A stretch of 64,000 bases of DNA, from contig JAQGDQ010000991.1 of the NCBI GenBank assembly GCA_030141605.1, positions 1-64,000 on the forward strand, read 5' to 3'. Source of the DNA: Tubiluchus corallicola. Its lineage: Eukaryota; Animalia; Priapulida. Positions within the stretch are counted from its first letter, which is position 1. Each line of letters begins with the position of its first letter. Shown piece by piece: positions 29,261 to 39,887 of this stretch. The notes under the pieces were generated by a model. That model did not search any database. It saw nothing but the letters and a program-made list of their open reading frames with translations, and was not told where the DNA came from. Position numbers and translations under genes: made by a program.

Positions 29261-32200
29261 CATTCGCCATTGAATGAACATTTTCACATGCGTATTTCGT
29301 ATTTCCACTTGCACAGAATCTGATAAGGGTAGGTTATGGAGCATTTGGAAGATAGGTTTACCTGTAATGCCAAATGCTTTTCCTTTCACTGAAGTTAGCA
29401 CTGTAATTGGACTGATACTTATATATCAGGTTATTAGCAGGAAACACTTTCAGCAACTGTGACTCTACTATCCCTGCGCATTTGCACTAGGAAGAGATGA
29501 ATAGAAGTTCACGTCATTAGTCATGCTGTAACTTAGCATGTGTAACTAAGTAAATATTAGTAATGCTATACTATTCAAGCACACTGTACTGTACGTGATG
29601 TGTCAGAATTTACATTGTTTCCACTGGGATGGGACTTATAAAGTCAAATTGTTAGGCTTTGCTTCAAGATTTAAGTAAAATTCAGTTCAAATGGCTGCTA
29701 TTTTCATTTTTCAAAGTTATGTATGTTTTTGTTTTGTAGGTGGTTTATTACTCCAGCTATTTTCAATGCATTTTATCGTGGAAGCAACAATGCCATAGGT
29801 TAGTGTAAAACTTTTTTATTGTTTGTGGAAATGCGTAAATAATGTCTTAGCGGTATTTAAGGAGGATACTAAAATAATAAACAATTTGTAACATGAATAA
29901 AATTTATGATATAAGTGCCATAAAAATAATTACCTTTTTCATTTTTTTATCTTGAAATAGTAAAGAATGTCTTAGCACAAAGCATGACAGGTTCTCGAAC
30001 TTAAATCATTGAAAAAATAGTGGTTTTGCTTGAATAAATAAAATACTTGCACTTGTGTGGATAAACGTATATGATCCTTTTTGTCTTTGCTAGAGAACTG
30101 AGCAGTCAGTAGAGCAATTTACATATGTTTGACTATACATTGTACTAAATCAATGTTCTTTATACTTGTCATAAATTTGTACTGTTATCCATGTGTTCCT
30201 TAGTTCTTTGAAACTGCATGAATAATAAACTAGTACTACTAACTGAAGTAACTGGAGTTAAACGAGTTTCTCATGCTTGATGTGGAAAAGCAGAATTTGC
30301 CAAACTATAATAATTTTTTTCCCAATTTGAAAGTTAAATCAGTTACAATAAATTTCCTGTCAACGCATTTGCAGCAGTTTTAAATGTTTCAGTATTTCCC
30401 GCGGGTATTCTACGTTCCCCGTTCTTTCACAAAGATTTACCGATGTTCATGAACATAGCTGGAATAACTCATGTTGTAGCTCATGAAGTTACTCACGGAT
30501 TTGACGACAGAGGTACTGTATAAGTTATTTTTAATACTGATTTGCTCCGAGCCTAGAGCTTCGGCTTTCACTGACTCCTGAATTATATAGTAGAACTAAA
30601 TTTCTGTTCATTCTTATGAAGTAACAAGATGCATACATCTGCTCTATTTTTTGCTCGAGCCCCTTTTGATTATAACTATTAAGTCTTGAGGACTTGCTGA
30701 TTCATTTCGTGGCTTACTGCTAGACCGTAGCATCTCCACAGCTGCTATACAATTTTGTAAATTACTTTGGTCATTTACTGGCATTAATGTAAACTAGTGC
30801 TCCTTTATGGAATTTTGTAATTGCATATGGTGTTTATTTGTTAGATTTGTGGTAGATTTTTATACGTTATTGTGTATTGCAGTTTCATGCAGATTATTTG
30901 CTGGAGCTTGTAGATTAAAATCCGAAATGTTAAATTGTAAATAATTATAAGTTAGAGTTCAGCACAACATTTAGTTGTGAGTCCAATGTTTTTCAGCATA
31001 TTAATGAAGGCTTCTAAATTTTATTCACATTTGATGCTGACTTTTTTCAAAATATTGTTTGCCATTTATTAAATCATATTAATGTGAAAATTTATACTGT
31101 CATAGTTACTTGATATATGTGTGTTTGCAAACCAAAACCGTACGTAAGTCGGCATAGTTAAAACTATGTTAAAACTTCAAAGCAGAATGACCCAAAAATT
31201 TAGTCGAATGTCAAATTTTTGTTTTTCATAAAAACAGATGCTAAATACATTGGACTTTTTAAATTCCAGTATCAAATTATCCAGAAATATTGAAAAGATA
31301 CTAAAAATCATATATTACAACCCCGTACTCAATTTTCTGGCTAGAAACTAGTACTGCAATTGTGAAAAACTTGTATTTTCAAACTCCGATAGTAGCTCAC
31401 GGAAGGAGTGATTTTGCTTCGGGTTGTTTATGTTTCCAAGCCCAGATCTTTATCAGGAATCTTTATCAGCCATCTGCTGGATTTAAATGTAGCTTCAATG
31501 TGTTCTTGCAAAGTAACTTTAACTACGATTTTCTCAAGATTATGTTTTTCAATGTTCAGCCTGCACCTCATCTTTAACGTAGATTATCTCAGCTTAGAAA
31601 TAACATAGATTGATGAACTTGGTATCAAAATGATCCTCATGAAATGAAGACTCAGGATATGTGAAAAACTAGAAAAGCTTAATTGCCGACTTGTAGATGA
31701 TTTTGCTATGCAAGCAGACATATGTAATCAAAACTTTCAAATGCTTTGAGATGTTTTTAGAAAATAAAATCTTTGGTGTTCTTCTTTTAATAATCTTATG
31801 TTACATTAAACATGATATTAATAATTTGGCAAATGTAAATAGCACAGATTTACATTTTTTGTTTCAAACAAATGATCACCAAAAGTTAATTCATCATAAA
31901 CCATTTCATGAGTGACCTAGGCGAGCATGCTACTAAATCATTTGAACACGAGTCTTGACTATCTTCACATTTCTTCTCTTCCTATAAATAATTTCTTTAT
32001 GTTATTTAGGTAGACAGTTTGACAAAGATGGAAATCATGTAGACTGGTGGACACCAGAAGATGAGAAACGATTTTTAGAGGGAGCCAAATGCTTCATTTC
32101 ACAGTTTAATAATTACACAGAAGAAGCTTTGGGGAAAGTTTGGCATGTAAGTAAATAAGATCACAACATTGTATTTTCTGTAATGCAGTTTTTAATTTAA

Positions 32201-35200
32201 TTTTAATTTATTTATTTGCCTATCTGACAACATTACTATAGTGAGTTTAGAAAAACTGCATCTAGTTACAAATATTGCAATTTGTAATTAAGCACGATGC
32301 GACTTATGATGTCACCAAATTAGTACTCACAGCGCAACATTAAATTTAAAATATTAGTTAATTAAAACAAATAAAAACAAAAACTCTTTAGATATAATTA
32401 TTATTGTATTTACTAATACAGTACGTAGTATTATTATTCTATAATTATATATTGCAATATAATAATACAATATTTTGTATAAATATTATTTTTATGTAAT
32501 TTTCAAATGCAGTGTACACTGAAGGTAGCTGACATTAATGACCTTCTGAATTTGCATTGGTACTAAGACCGCCAATTGCATCATTATCTGTTTTCAAAAT
32601 TAGGAAAATTCATGTAAAATATGACTAGTCATGATGTTTGAGTGAAATAACCCAAAATTTGCAATCTGTTTTCTCTAGTTTTGCAATGTGTCTTATAAAA
32701 ATGACATACCTGTGCTATCGCTGATTTTAAATGAAATACATAATATGTGTGCTGGCATAGCAAAATCATCCATAAGTTGGCTAGTAAGCTACCTAGTTAA
32801 TCTCACATCCTGAAACTCCATTTCATGAGGATTATTTTGATACCAAGTTCATCACTCTATGTTATTTCTAAGCTGAGATAATCCACGTTGAAGTTGAGGT
32901 GCAGGCTATGCACTGAAAAACATAACCTTGAGAAAATCGCTGTAAAAGTCACGCTTCTACAAAAACACCTAGCAACAGTACAAAAGTGTGGTTGCTGTGG
33001 ACTTTGCAAAAGCACTTTGAAGTTTCATTGAAATCCAGTAGGTGGCTCTTTCAGACATAGTCTTGGCTTGGCAACAGGAAAAACCCGAAGCAAACTGACT
33101 TACCGCGAGCTACTTTCGGAGTTTGAAAATACTGAATTTTTCACAATTGCAGTAGTAGCTTTTAATCAAAGAAGTGGGTAATGAGTTATAAAATTAAATT
33201 TTTAGTATTTTTAACATTTTTCCGACGATCTGCTGCTAGAATATAGAATTAATGTTCAGTATATTTAACATTTGCTTTTATAAAAAACAAAAAATCGACA
33301 TTTATCCAAATTTTTTGGTGTATCGTACTATGAAGCATGATAATGTAGTTTTAAGTATGCCAACTTTTGGACAGTTTTTGTTTGCCAGCACAACACATAT
33401 ATGTATCATGATTATCACTTATATTCTGCGCGAAAAGTGCTGCCATCTGTTGTGCATTACTGAACTTAAAACTCTTCAAAGTCATACTCATCACAGTTGC
33501 AGGATGTGTAGTTTTTGATGTGTGGCTGGGAATGAAGCCTATGATATTCATGGAAGTAGTTATCAGACTTTTTGGATTTTGCCATAATCACAGTTTTCTC
33601 CTTCACATAAAACCTGTTATTTAACTTCAAAAAGAGGTAGTGGCTATTTTTGTAATTACAATGTGACAAGGGCCTTTAAATTTCTGTGTTTAATTTGTTT
33701 AGTTTTTATGATTAATCATAAAGTCTTGCTAATACCCATCTCTTTACTGTTATTCACTAAGACACAGTTTCAATCAGCTAATGATTAAAACTTTTTTATT
33801 TAGTTAAATGGTACACTGTTACAAGGTGAAACAATAGCTGATAGTGGTGGTGTCCTGCAAGCTTATGAGGTGAGATATTAGCTTTGTATAGTGTTTGCTA
33901 TATATTCAATGCATTTTGGTTTTATGTTTTTGTTTTTTTCTAAGTTTTTTGTATCTTATTGGTGAGATGCCAACAGCAAAACAAAAAAACTTGTGTAAAT
34001 TGAGTGAAAAATCCTGGACTGTGTGGTTTACTGTTGTTGCATCTTGTGTAGTATTTGTATGTGGTTTATGTGTTGCTGTTGTTGCATCTAGTGTAGTATT
34101 TGTACATGGTTTGTCTGTTGCTGTTGTTGCATCTTGTGTAGTATTTGTATGTGGTTTATGTGTTGCTGTTGTTGCATCTAGTGTAGTATTTGTACATGGT
34201 TTGTCTGTTGCTGTTGTTGCATCTTGTGTAGTATTTGTATGTGGTTTATGTGTTGCTGTTGTTGCATCTTGTGTAGTATTTGTATGTGGTTTATGTGTTG
34301 CTGTTGTTGCATCTTGTGTAGTATTTGTATGTGGTTTATGTGTTGCTGTTGTTGCATCTAGTGTAGTATTTGTACATGGTTTGTCTGTTGCTGTTGTTGC
34401 ATCTTGTGTAGTATTTGTATGTGGTTTATGTGTTGCTGTTGTTGCATCTTGTGTAGTATTTGTGCATGGTTTGTCTGTTGCTGTTGTTGCATCTTGTGTA
34501 GTATTTGTATGTGGTTTGTCTGTTGCTGTTGTTGCATCTTGTGTAGTGTTTGTATGTGGTTTGTCTGTTGCTGTTGTTGCATCTTGTGTAGTATTTGTAT
34601 GTGGTTTGTCTGTTGCTGTTGTTGCATCTTGTATAGTATTTATATGTGGTTTGTCTGTTGCTGTTGTTGCATCTTGTGTAGTATTTGTATGTGGTTTGTC
34701 TGTTTGGTTCACATTATTAGAGTAAATATTCTATTGTTAAATTTGACATATTTTGCAGGTTTATCGCAGATGGCTCAAAGATAATGCTGAAACAGAGCAG
34801 CGTCTTCCTGGCATAAATCTTGATAATAAGAAGGTTTATTTTGTCAATCAAGCTCAGGTAAATGTATTTATAATCGGCTGGTTAGAATAAGGATAAATTA
34901 GAATACGAAAAACTTGCTGGTTAGAATAAGGATAAATTAGAATAGGAAGAACTTGGCTAAATTAGAATAGGAAGAACTCGGCTGGTTAGAATAAGGATAA
35001 ATCAGAATAGGAAGAACTTGCTGGTTAGAATAAGGATAAATTAGAATAGGAGGAACTTGCTGGTTAGAATAAGGATAAATTAGAATAGGAAGTACTTGCT
35101 GGTTATAATAAGAATAAATTAGAATATGAAGAACTTGCTGGTTAGAATAAGGATAAATTAAAATAGGAAGTACTTGCTGGTTAGAATTAGGATAAATTAG

Positions 35201-38200
35201 AATAGGAAGTACTTGCTGGTTAGAATAAGGATAAATTAGAAGAAGAAGAACTCGGCTGGTTAGAATAATCATAAATTAGAATAGGAAGTACTTGCTGGTT
35301 ATAATAAGGATAAATTAGAAGAAGAACTCGGCTGGTTAGAATGAGGATAAATTAGAATAGGAAGTACTTGCTGGTTAGAATAAGGATAAATTAGAAGAAG
35401 AAGAACTCGGCTGGTTAGAATAAGGATAAATTAGAATAGGAAGTACTTGCTGGTTAGAATAAGGATAAATTAGAAGAAGAACTCGGCTGGTTAGAATAAG
35501 GATAAATTAGAATAGAAAGTACTTGCTGGTTAGAATAAGGATAAATTAGAATAGGAAGTACTTGCTGGTTAGAATAAGGTTAAATTAGAAGAAGAACTCG
35601 GCTGGTTAGAATAAGGATAAATTAGAATAGGAAGTACTTGCTGGTTAGTTAGAATAAGGATAAATTAGAATAGGAAGTACTTGCTGGTTAGAATAAGGAT
35701 AAATTAGAAGAAGAACTCGGCTGGTTAGAATAAGGATAAATTAGAATAGGAAGTACTTGCTGGTTAGAATAAGGATAAATTAGAATAGGATGTACTTGCT
35801 AGCAGCAGAATTTGGTTTGTTGGTAGAAACTGTTTATTCTATTAGTTTGTTACTCGTGTCTTTTACAGTTTCTAAGAAAGGATCTCAAAATTGCTGCTAT
35901 TTGTTGACAATATTTTTTACATTGAATCATGACAGTAAAGATATAAAGTCCATTAGTGCACTTTTTAAGGACTTTGAGTAGCTATTCTATTGTTGTTTAT
36001 TTTTCATGAATGTTTGGGTATCTATTCTATTGTTGTTTATTTTTCATGAATGTTTGGGTATCTATTCTATTGTTGTTTATTTTTCATGAATGTTTGGGTA
36101 TCTATTTTATTGTTATTTATTTTTCATGAATGTTTGGGTATCTATTCTATGGTTGTTTATTTTTCATGAATGTTTGGGTATCTATTCTATTGTTGTTTAT
36201 TTTTCATGAATGTTTGGGTATCTATTCTATGGTTGTTTATTTTTCATGAATGTTTGGGTATCTATTCTATTGTTGTTTATTTTTCATGAATGTTTGGGTA
36301 TCTATTCTATTGTTGTTTATTTTTCATGAATGTTTGGGTATCTATTCTATGGTTGTTTATTTTTCATGAATGTTTGGGTATCTATTCTATGGTTGTTTAT
36401 TTTGCATGAATGTTTAGGTATCTATTCTATTGTTGTTTATTTTTCATGAATGTTTGGGTATCTATTCTATTGTTGTTTATTTTTCATGAATGTTTGGGTA
36501 TCTATTCTATTGTTGTTTATTTTTCATGAATGTTTAGGTATCTATTCTATGGTTGTTTATTTTTCATGAATGTTTAGGTATCTATTCTATTGTTGTTTAT
36601 TTTTCATGAATGTTTAGGTATCTATTTTATTGTTGTTTATTTTTCATGAATGTTTGGGTATCTATTCTATTGTTGTTTATTTTTCATGAATGTTTAGGTA
36701 TCTATTCTATTGTTGTTTATTTTTCATGAATGTTTAGGTATCTATTCTATTGTTGTTTATTTTTCATGAATGTTTGGGTATCTATTCTATTGTTGTTTAT
36801 TTTTCATGAATGTTTGGGTATCTATTTTATTGTTATTTTTTTTTTCATGAATGTTTGGGTATCTATTCTATTGTTGTTTATTTTTCATGAATGTTTGGGT
36901 ATCTATTCTATTGTTGTTTATTTTTCATGAATGTTTAGGAATCTATTCTATTGTTGTTTATTTTTCATGAATGTTTAATGTGCATAAACAAATTGTACAG
37001 GTGAGTCAACTGTAATAATGAATTTTGTATCCAGATGTGGTGTGGAAAAATCAGAGAGGAATTCATGGTGCAGCTGATAACATCTGAATATCATCCACAA
37101 TTACATCACAGGTATTAATGTTTTACACGAATTCACCAGCAGACTGAATTAACGGAAATTAATGGCAGCCTTAAGCAAAAGCAAGCTAAACTTCTGTTAT
37201 ATTGCCATACATGTCGGTGGTGGGTGGGGGGGGTGTAGTTAGGCAATCATATGCAAATAATAATCATAGAATGTTTTTGTGCTTCTGTAACAATCCACCT
37301 CTCTCCATTAGCAGCTTGATTATCAAATGCCGCTTGACGTTTAGACATTTCATGCCTTTGTGAACAGGCAAATTCTTCTACGACATTCGCACTGTGTGGT
37401 AACATTATAAGGTGTTAGATTTTCGGGACAATAGCCTATAAACAAATTCAACCTTTGGTGAAATAGGCAAGGTGTATATTCAGTATAGCATATGTTGTTC
37501 AAGCAGCTTAAAGTATCTAACTGTATGAAGGTGTGCATAAAAGAAAAGCTGTCCTCTCAGCCGCAGAAAATTACTTCCGAATGCAGTGGAATTACAGAGT
37601 CCCATTTATATTATTCTTTTAATTTTTTTAGCATGCTACTAAGCCTGTTCTTATTACAGTCGAATCCTGGTAATACGATTTTCATGGGACCCAGATGTTT
37701 TTTCGTATTAAGCGTGTTTCGTACTATCCATTACGCACATTGTTTTTAACTTGTAATAATTTCTGTCATTTCTAATGTAAAATAGGAATTAACTGACACC
37801 TGTAGTCTCTACGTTGGTTATCTTTTAATCAGTAAATATAATTTAGGCTTATTTAACACCCGTTTGCAGAATATCGTCCATCCCTAACATTTTTACCCAA
37901 TTTGTCAAGCATTGATTTATAAAGCCATATTGCTGCTAACACAATATTGGATAATTACGTTATTTCACAGTTATAAACCAATGTGCTCTGTTACTCTTTT
38001 GCTAAAGTGAAGTGTTTTTCTTTGGTTTAATGGGGCAGTCTTACCCGGAATGTTTTATAAGTAGAGCCCAGAGCCGCGCCGTCTCAGCTGAACTCCAGCC
38101 GGTTTATTTCTACAGTCGACGTAGCTGATAAGAAACCCAACTTTAGTCCCGCCAGCTACTCAGTGATGGGAGTCAAGCTAGCTGACGTTGTTGTCAGCTA

Positions 38201-39716
38201 TGAAGTTTTTCACTCTTGCGATAATCATGTGACACTGTAGATCACTGGTTGAAATATGGCAAACACATTGCGGATTTGCAGTCACATTGCGCGTGTGCTG
38301 GCAGAGATACTAAATTTTAAAAATTTGTGAATGAGAAAGCAGTCAATTCAAAATTAAATACACAAAGAGGCAGCGTTAGTCACACGTACAGGTTCGTTTT
38401 GGTGTTTTGATATTGATTTGTTTGTAATCAAGACAAGCCTCTCCAAGAGTTGGATTTAAATTATATTTGCAATAATAATGATTTTGCTTTTTTATAATAG
38501 TAAAAAATTGATCTCTAATGCATTATTTGAATTTGTACGTCAGTTTTCTTCTGTGTGTAAGCAACACGAATTATTTAAAAAAATTGTCTCCGCAATTAAC
38601 AATTGACTACAAAAATTAGTGGCTTTAGCTGATTTATTCTTTAAGCAAACTTAGCTGAAAAGCCTCTCAACTTCAGTCAAGCTAGCTGATTTACTGTGTG
38701 ACTCATCTGATGTAGTAGCAACTGACTCAACTTCAGTCAAGCTAGCTGATTTACTGTGTGACTCAGCTGATGTAGTAGCAACTGACTCAACTTCAGTCAA
38801 GCTAGCTGATTTACTGTGTGACTCAGCTGATGTAGTAGCAACTGACTCAACTTCAGTCAAGCTAGTTGATTTACTGTGTGAGTCAGTTGATGTAGTAGCA
38901 ACTTACTCAACTTCAGTCAAGCTAGCCGATTTACTGTGTGAGTCAGCTGATATAGTAGCAACTGACTCAACTTCAGTCAAGCTAGCCGATTTACTGTGCG
39001 AGTCGGCCGATGTAGTAGCAACTGACTCAACTTCAGTCAAGCTAGGCGATTTACTGTGTGAGTCAGCCGATGTAGTAGCAGCTGACTCAACTTCAGTCAA
39101 GCTAGCTGATTTACTGTGCGAGTCGGCCGATGTAGTAGCAACTGACTCAACTTCAGTCAAGCTAGCTGATTTACTGTATGAGTCAGCTGATGTAGTAGCA
39201 ACGTACTCAACTTCGGCGTCTATTTATAAGCGCTAAACAGCACAGCAAGATTTCATACACCTACATGTATTGATTTATTTTCCAAGTGCTTTGCTTGCTC
39301 AACTGGTAATTTCTAATAAACTTATAAACTGGTAAACTTGCTCTTAACTCACATAACCTCAAACAGCTTTGCATTACAGGTAACAAAAGTAAATGCTTTT
39401 CTAGATCCATTGTACTAATTTTTCTTTTCATTCTTGAAACTTTTTTAAAAAAGTAACCGCACCTATTTCATTTTGAGTTCTGATAATATTAAATTTGCAT
39501 TTTGTCATTTTATGCAATTAATGTGCTTGACAGGTTTATTGGGATTTATCTTGCTGACGGTGCATTTACGATTAGTAAGATAACCGACCTTTTCAACTTG
39601 CATTTTAATTATTTAGGGTACGAGGCGAGTTTTCCAACAGCCCAGATTTTGCCAATGTTTTTAACTGTCCAACTGGGAGTCGGATGAATCCAGCTAAGAA
39701 GTGTGCAATTTGGTGA
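11646..39716 (+). CDS. Neprilysin / endothelin-converting-enzyme-like M13 zinc metallopeptidase (type II membrane protein), 20 coding exons, about 745 aa
   Basis: Exons 11646-11683, 14872-14984, 16530-16580, 18159-18320, 18903-18983, 20728-20942, 22321-22515, 23235-23321, 25166-25302, 25657-25879, 26050-26148, 27309-27386, 28625-28725, 29740-29798, 30393-30512, 32010-32146, 33804-33869, 34759-34857, 37035-37111, 39617-39716. All GT-AG and phase-compatible, total 2238 nt. Motifs: signal anchor, CxxxxC, [47 protein letters not shown]-stop. Confidence 0.93.
11771..12529. repeat. Long inverted repeat (arms about 285 bp, spacer about 190 bp)
   Basis: 11771-12056 is the near-exact reverse complement of 12245-12529. 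Confidence 0.9.
12650..12737. repeat. (AAT)n microsatellite
   Basis: Directly visible. Confidence 0.95.
12899..13062. repeat. Minisatellite, 31-bp unit, about 5 copies
   Basis: acagttacagtttacagtaaaaatagttaga. Confidence 0.9.
13890..14130. repeat. (AAT)n then (ATT/GTT)n microsatellites
   Basis: Directly visible; source of the poly-N/I/V/L ORFs. Confidence 0.95.
14130..14444. mobile_element. hAT-type MITE
   Basis: Termini TAGGGTTGAGCA...TGCTCACCCCTA with clustered subterminal TCGAA motifs; inserted in a microsatellite. Confidence 0.7.
14872..14984 (+). CDS. M13 peptidase exon 2 (transmembrane signal anchor)
   Basis: GSKWSSSHKSLLAVCIILFLIAAGLAVALGVMVTRMQ; ttttag acceptor, gtagaa donor. Confidence 0.85.
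15606..15698. mobile_element. Short decayed piggyBac-type MITE
   Basis: TTAA-CCACTTCAGTGCC...GGCACTGCAGAG-TTAT. Confidence 0.4.
16370..16440 (+). mobile_element. tRNA-derived SINE head
   Basis: A-box-like TGGTGTAGTGG and B-box-like GTTCGAGTC; no full cloverleaf. Confidence 0.45.
16530..16580 (+). CDS. M13 peptidase exon 3
   Basis: LKQHERICNEPVCVKA, the conserved CxxxxC before the ectodomain; phase 1-1. Confidence 0.85.
16685..17369. mobile_element. piggyBac-type MITE
   Basis: TTAA|CTCCTTCAGGACCAT ... ATGGTCCTGAAAGAG|TTAA. Confidence 0.8.
18159..18320 (+). CDS. M13 peptidase exon 4
   Basis: [25 protein letters not shown], an M13 N-terminal signature. Confidence 0.95.
18903..18983 (+). CDS. 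M13 peptidase exon 5
   Basis: LLSKKYEGPSKAVEKVIQHYKLCLDE; cag/gtgagt. Confidence 0.9.
19026..19495. repeat. Minisatellite, 30-bp unit
   Basis: tgctgattgttgtgtggcagttactgtatg. Confidence 0.95.
19900..20580 (+). mobile_element. Probable LINE (L2/CR1-like) 3' remnant
   Basis: FVNFAAPNLWNKVS...YGFKKYMKSLLL followed by an AT-rich tail ending AATAAA(ttacaa)n. Confidence 0.5.
20728..20942 (+). CDS. M13 peptidase exon 6
   Basis: TINNKTYEPL...KGWPLL...DTKNSTKNVLY; tag/gtgagt. Confidence 0.9.
22321..22515 (+). CDS. M13 peptidase exon 7
   Basis: LDQASLGLGYESREYYL...LLEFETDIAR. Confidence 0.93.
23235..23321 (+). CDS. M13 peptidase exon 8
   Basis: ATVHGNLRRNVTNHYNPRTLLNITQTYTQ; cag/gtatgc. Confidence 0.88.
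24499..24890. repeat. Minisatellite, unit about 21 bp
   Basis: Variants of gttggcttacagttgtgtgctgtat repeated in tandem; unit length judged by eye (21-25 bp). Confidence 0.9.
25166..25302 (+). CDS. M13 peptidase exon 9
   Basis: VDWKRYVFHF...ETIILYQPEYF...; phase 0-2. Confidence 0.88.
25657..25879 (+). CDS. M13 peptidase exon 10
   Basis: RTVVNYILWR...PRWRDC...ALGYLYV. Confidence 0.93.
26050..26148 (+). CDS. M13 peptidase exon 11
   Basis: ANELIASTKLVFKDRVRNSKWMSAKTKQKAIEK. Confidence 0.92.
26721..27200. repeat. Minisatellite, 51-bp unit with an internal hairpin
   Basis: caagaatcgaggtactggtgctCTGTAACAtttttGTTACAGtaaacaccc. Confidence 0.93.
27309..27386 (+). CDS. M13 peptidase exon 12
   Basis: VDTIYDMVGYPDYYENVTILDEKHKN (GYPD motif). 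Confidence 0.92.
27457..28130. repeat. Minisatellite, unit about 44-48 bp
   Basis: ttagttatactggtcaggcagattagatgtggtcagt... Confidence 0.92.
28625..28725 (+). CDS. M13 peptidase exon 13
   Basis: FTSTGSYFSDIVEMRRLKVNESFAELRKPVNKTE. Confidence 0.9.
29185..29257. repeat. (CA)n microsatellite
   Basis: Directly visible. Confidence 0.97.
29740..29798 (+). CDS. M13 peptidase exon 14
   Basis: WFITPAIFNAFYRGSNNAI (NAFY substrate-binding motif). Confidence 0.93.
30393..30512 (+). CDS. M13 peptidase exon 15 (HExxH zinc site)
   Basis: VFPAGILRSPFF...[14 protein letters not shown]. Confidence 0.97.
31130..31720 (+). mobile_element. Interspersed repeat family A, copy 1
   Basis: Shares GATTATCTCAGCTTAGAAATAAC..GATGAACTTGGTATCAAAATGATCCTCATGAAATG with 57945-58590 and, inverted, with 32760-33335. 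Confidence 0.8.
32010..32146 (+). CDS. M13 peptidase exon 16
   Basis: GRQFDKDGNHVDWWT...AKCFISQF. Confidence 0.95.
32760..33335 (-). mobile_element. Interspersed repeat family A, copy 2 (inverted)
   Basis: CATTTCATGAGGATTATTTTGATACCAAGTTCATC...CTAAGCTGAGATAATC is the reverse complement of the family A core. Confidence 0.8.
33804..33869 (+). CDS. M13 peptidase exon 17 (third zinc ligand)
   Basis: LNGTLLQGETIADSGGVLQAYE (ExxxD motif). Confidence 0.95.
34020..34705. repeat. Minisatellite, 39-bp unit
   Basis: tgttgctgttgttgcatcttgtgtagtatttgtatgtggttt; source of the spurious long ORFs. Confidence 0.95.
34759..34857 (+). CDS. M13 peptidase exon 18
   Basis: VYRRWLKDNAETEQRLPGINLDNKKVYFVNQAQ. 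Confidence 0.93.
34876..35800. repeat. Minisatellite, unit about 39 bp
   Basis: gctggttagaataaggataaattagaataggaagtactt. Confidence 0.95.
35982..36976. repeat. Minisatellite, 40-bp unit, about 25 copies
   Basis: ctattctattgttgtttatttttcatgaatgtttgggtat. Confidence 0.96.
37035..37111 (+). CDS. M13 peptidase exon 19
   Basis: MWCGKIREEFMVQLITSEYHPQLHHR. Confidence 0.92.
38666..39214. repeat. Minisatellite, 60-bp unit, 9 copies
   Basis: ctcaacttcagtcaagctagctgatttactgtgtgactcagctgatgtagtagcaactga. Confidence 0.96.
39617..39716 (+). CDS. M13 peptidase exon 20 (terminal)
   Basis: [35 protein letters not shown]. Confidence 0.96.
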
Positions 39717-39887
39717 TGATGAGAGAAGTAAAGAGTTAAACTAGGAGGAAGTTTAAAAACTAGACATGTATGATGTCACTCTATGTTATTGTATTTATTT
39801 ACTTCAATCGATAGGTTGTTTTGTTTTGTTCAAACACCATCTTACAGTTCAAAAAGTGTTTTCTTTTGCCTGACAACCAACATAAAG

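Noticed and set aside
33895-34784. Long ORFs of 276 and 268 aa on both strands (mucin-like or hydrophobic repeats)
   Set aside because: They are translations of an intronic minisatellite whose unit lacks stops and is a multiple of 3; they lie inside M13 intron 17.
38651-39160. Ser/Thr-rich repeat ORFs on the minus strand
   Set aside because: 60-bp intronic tandem repeat with no ATG start or splice support.
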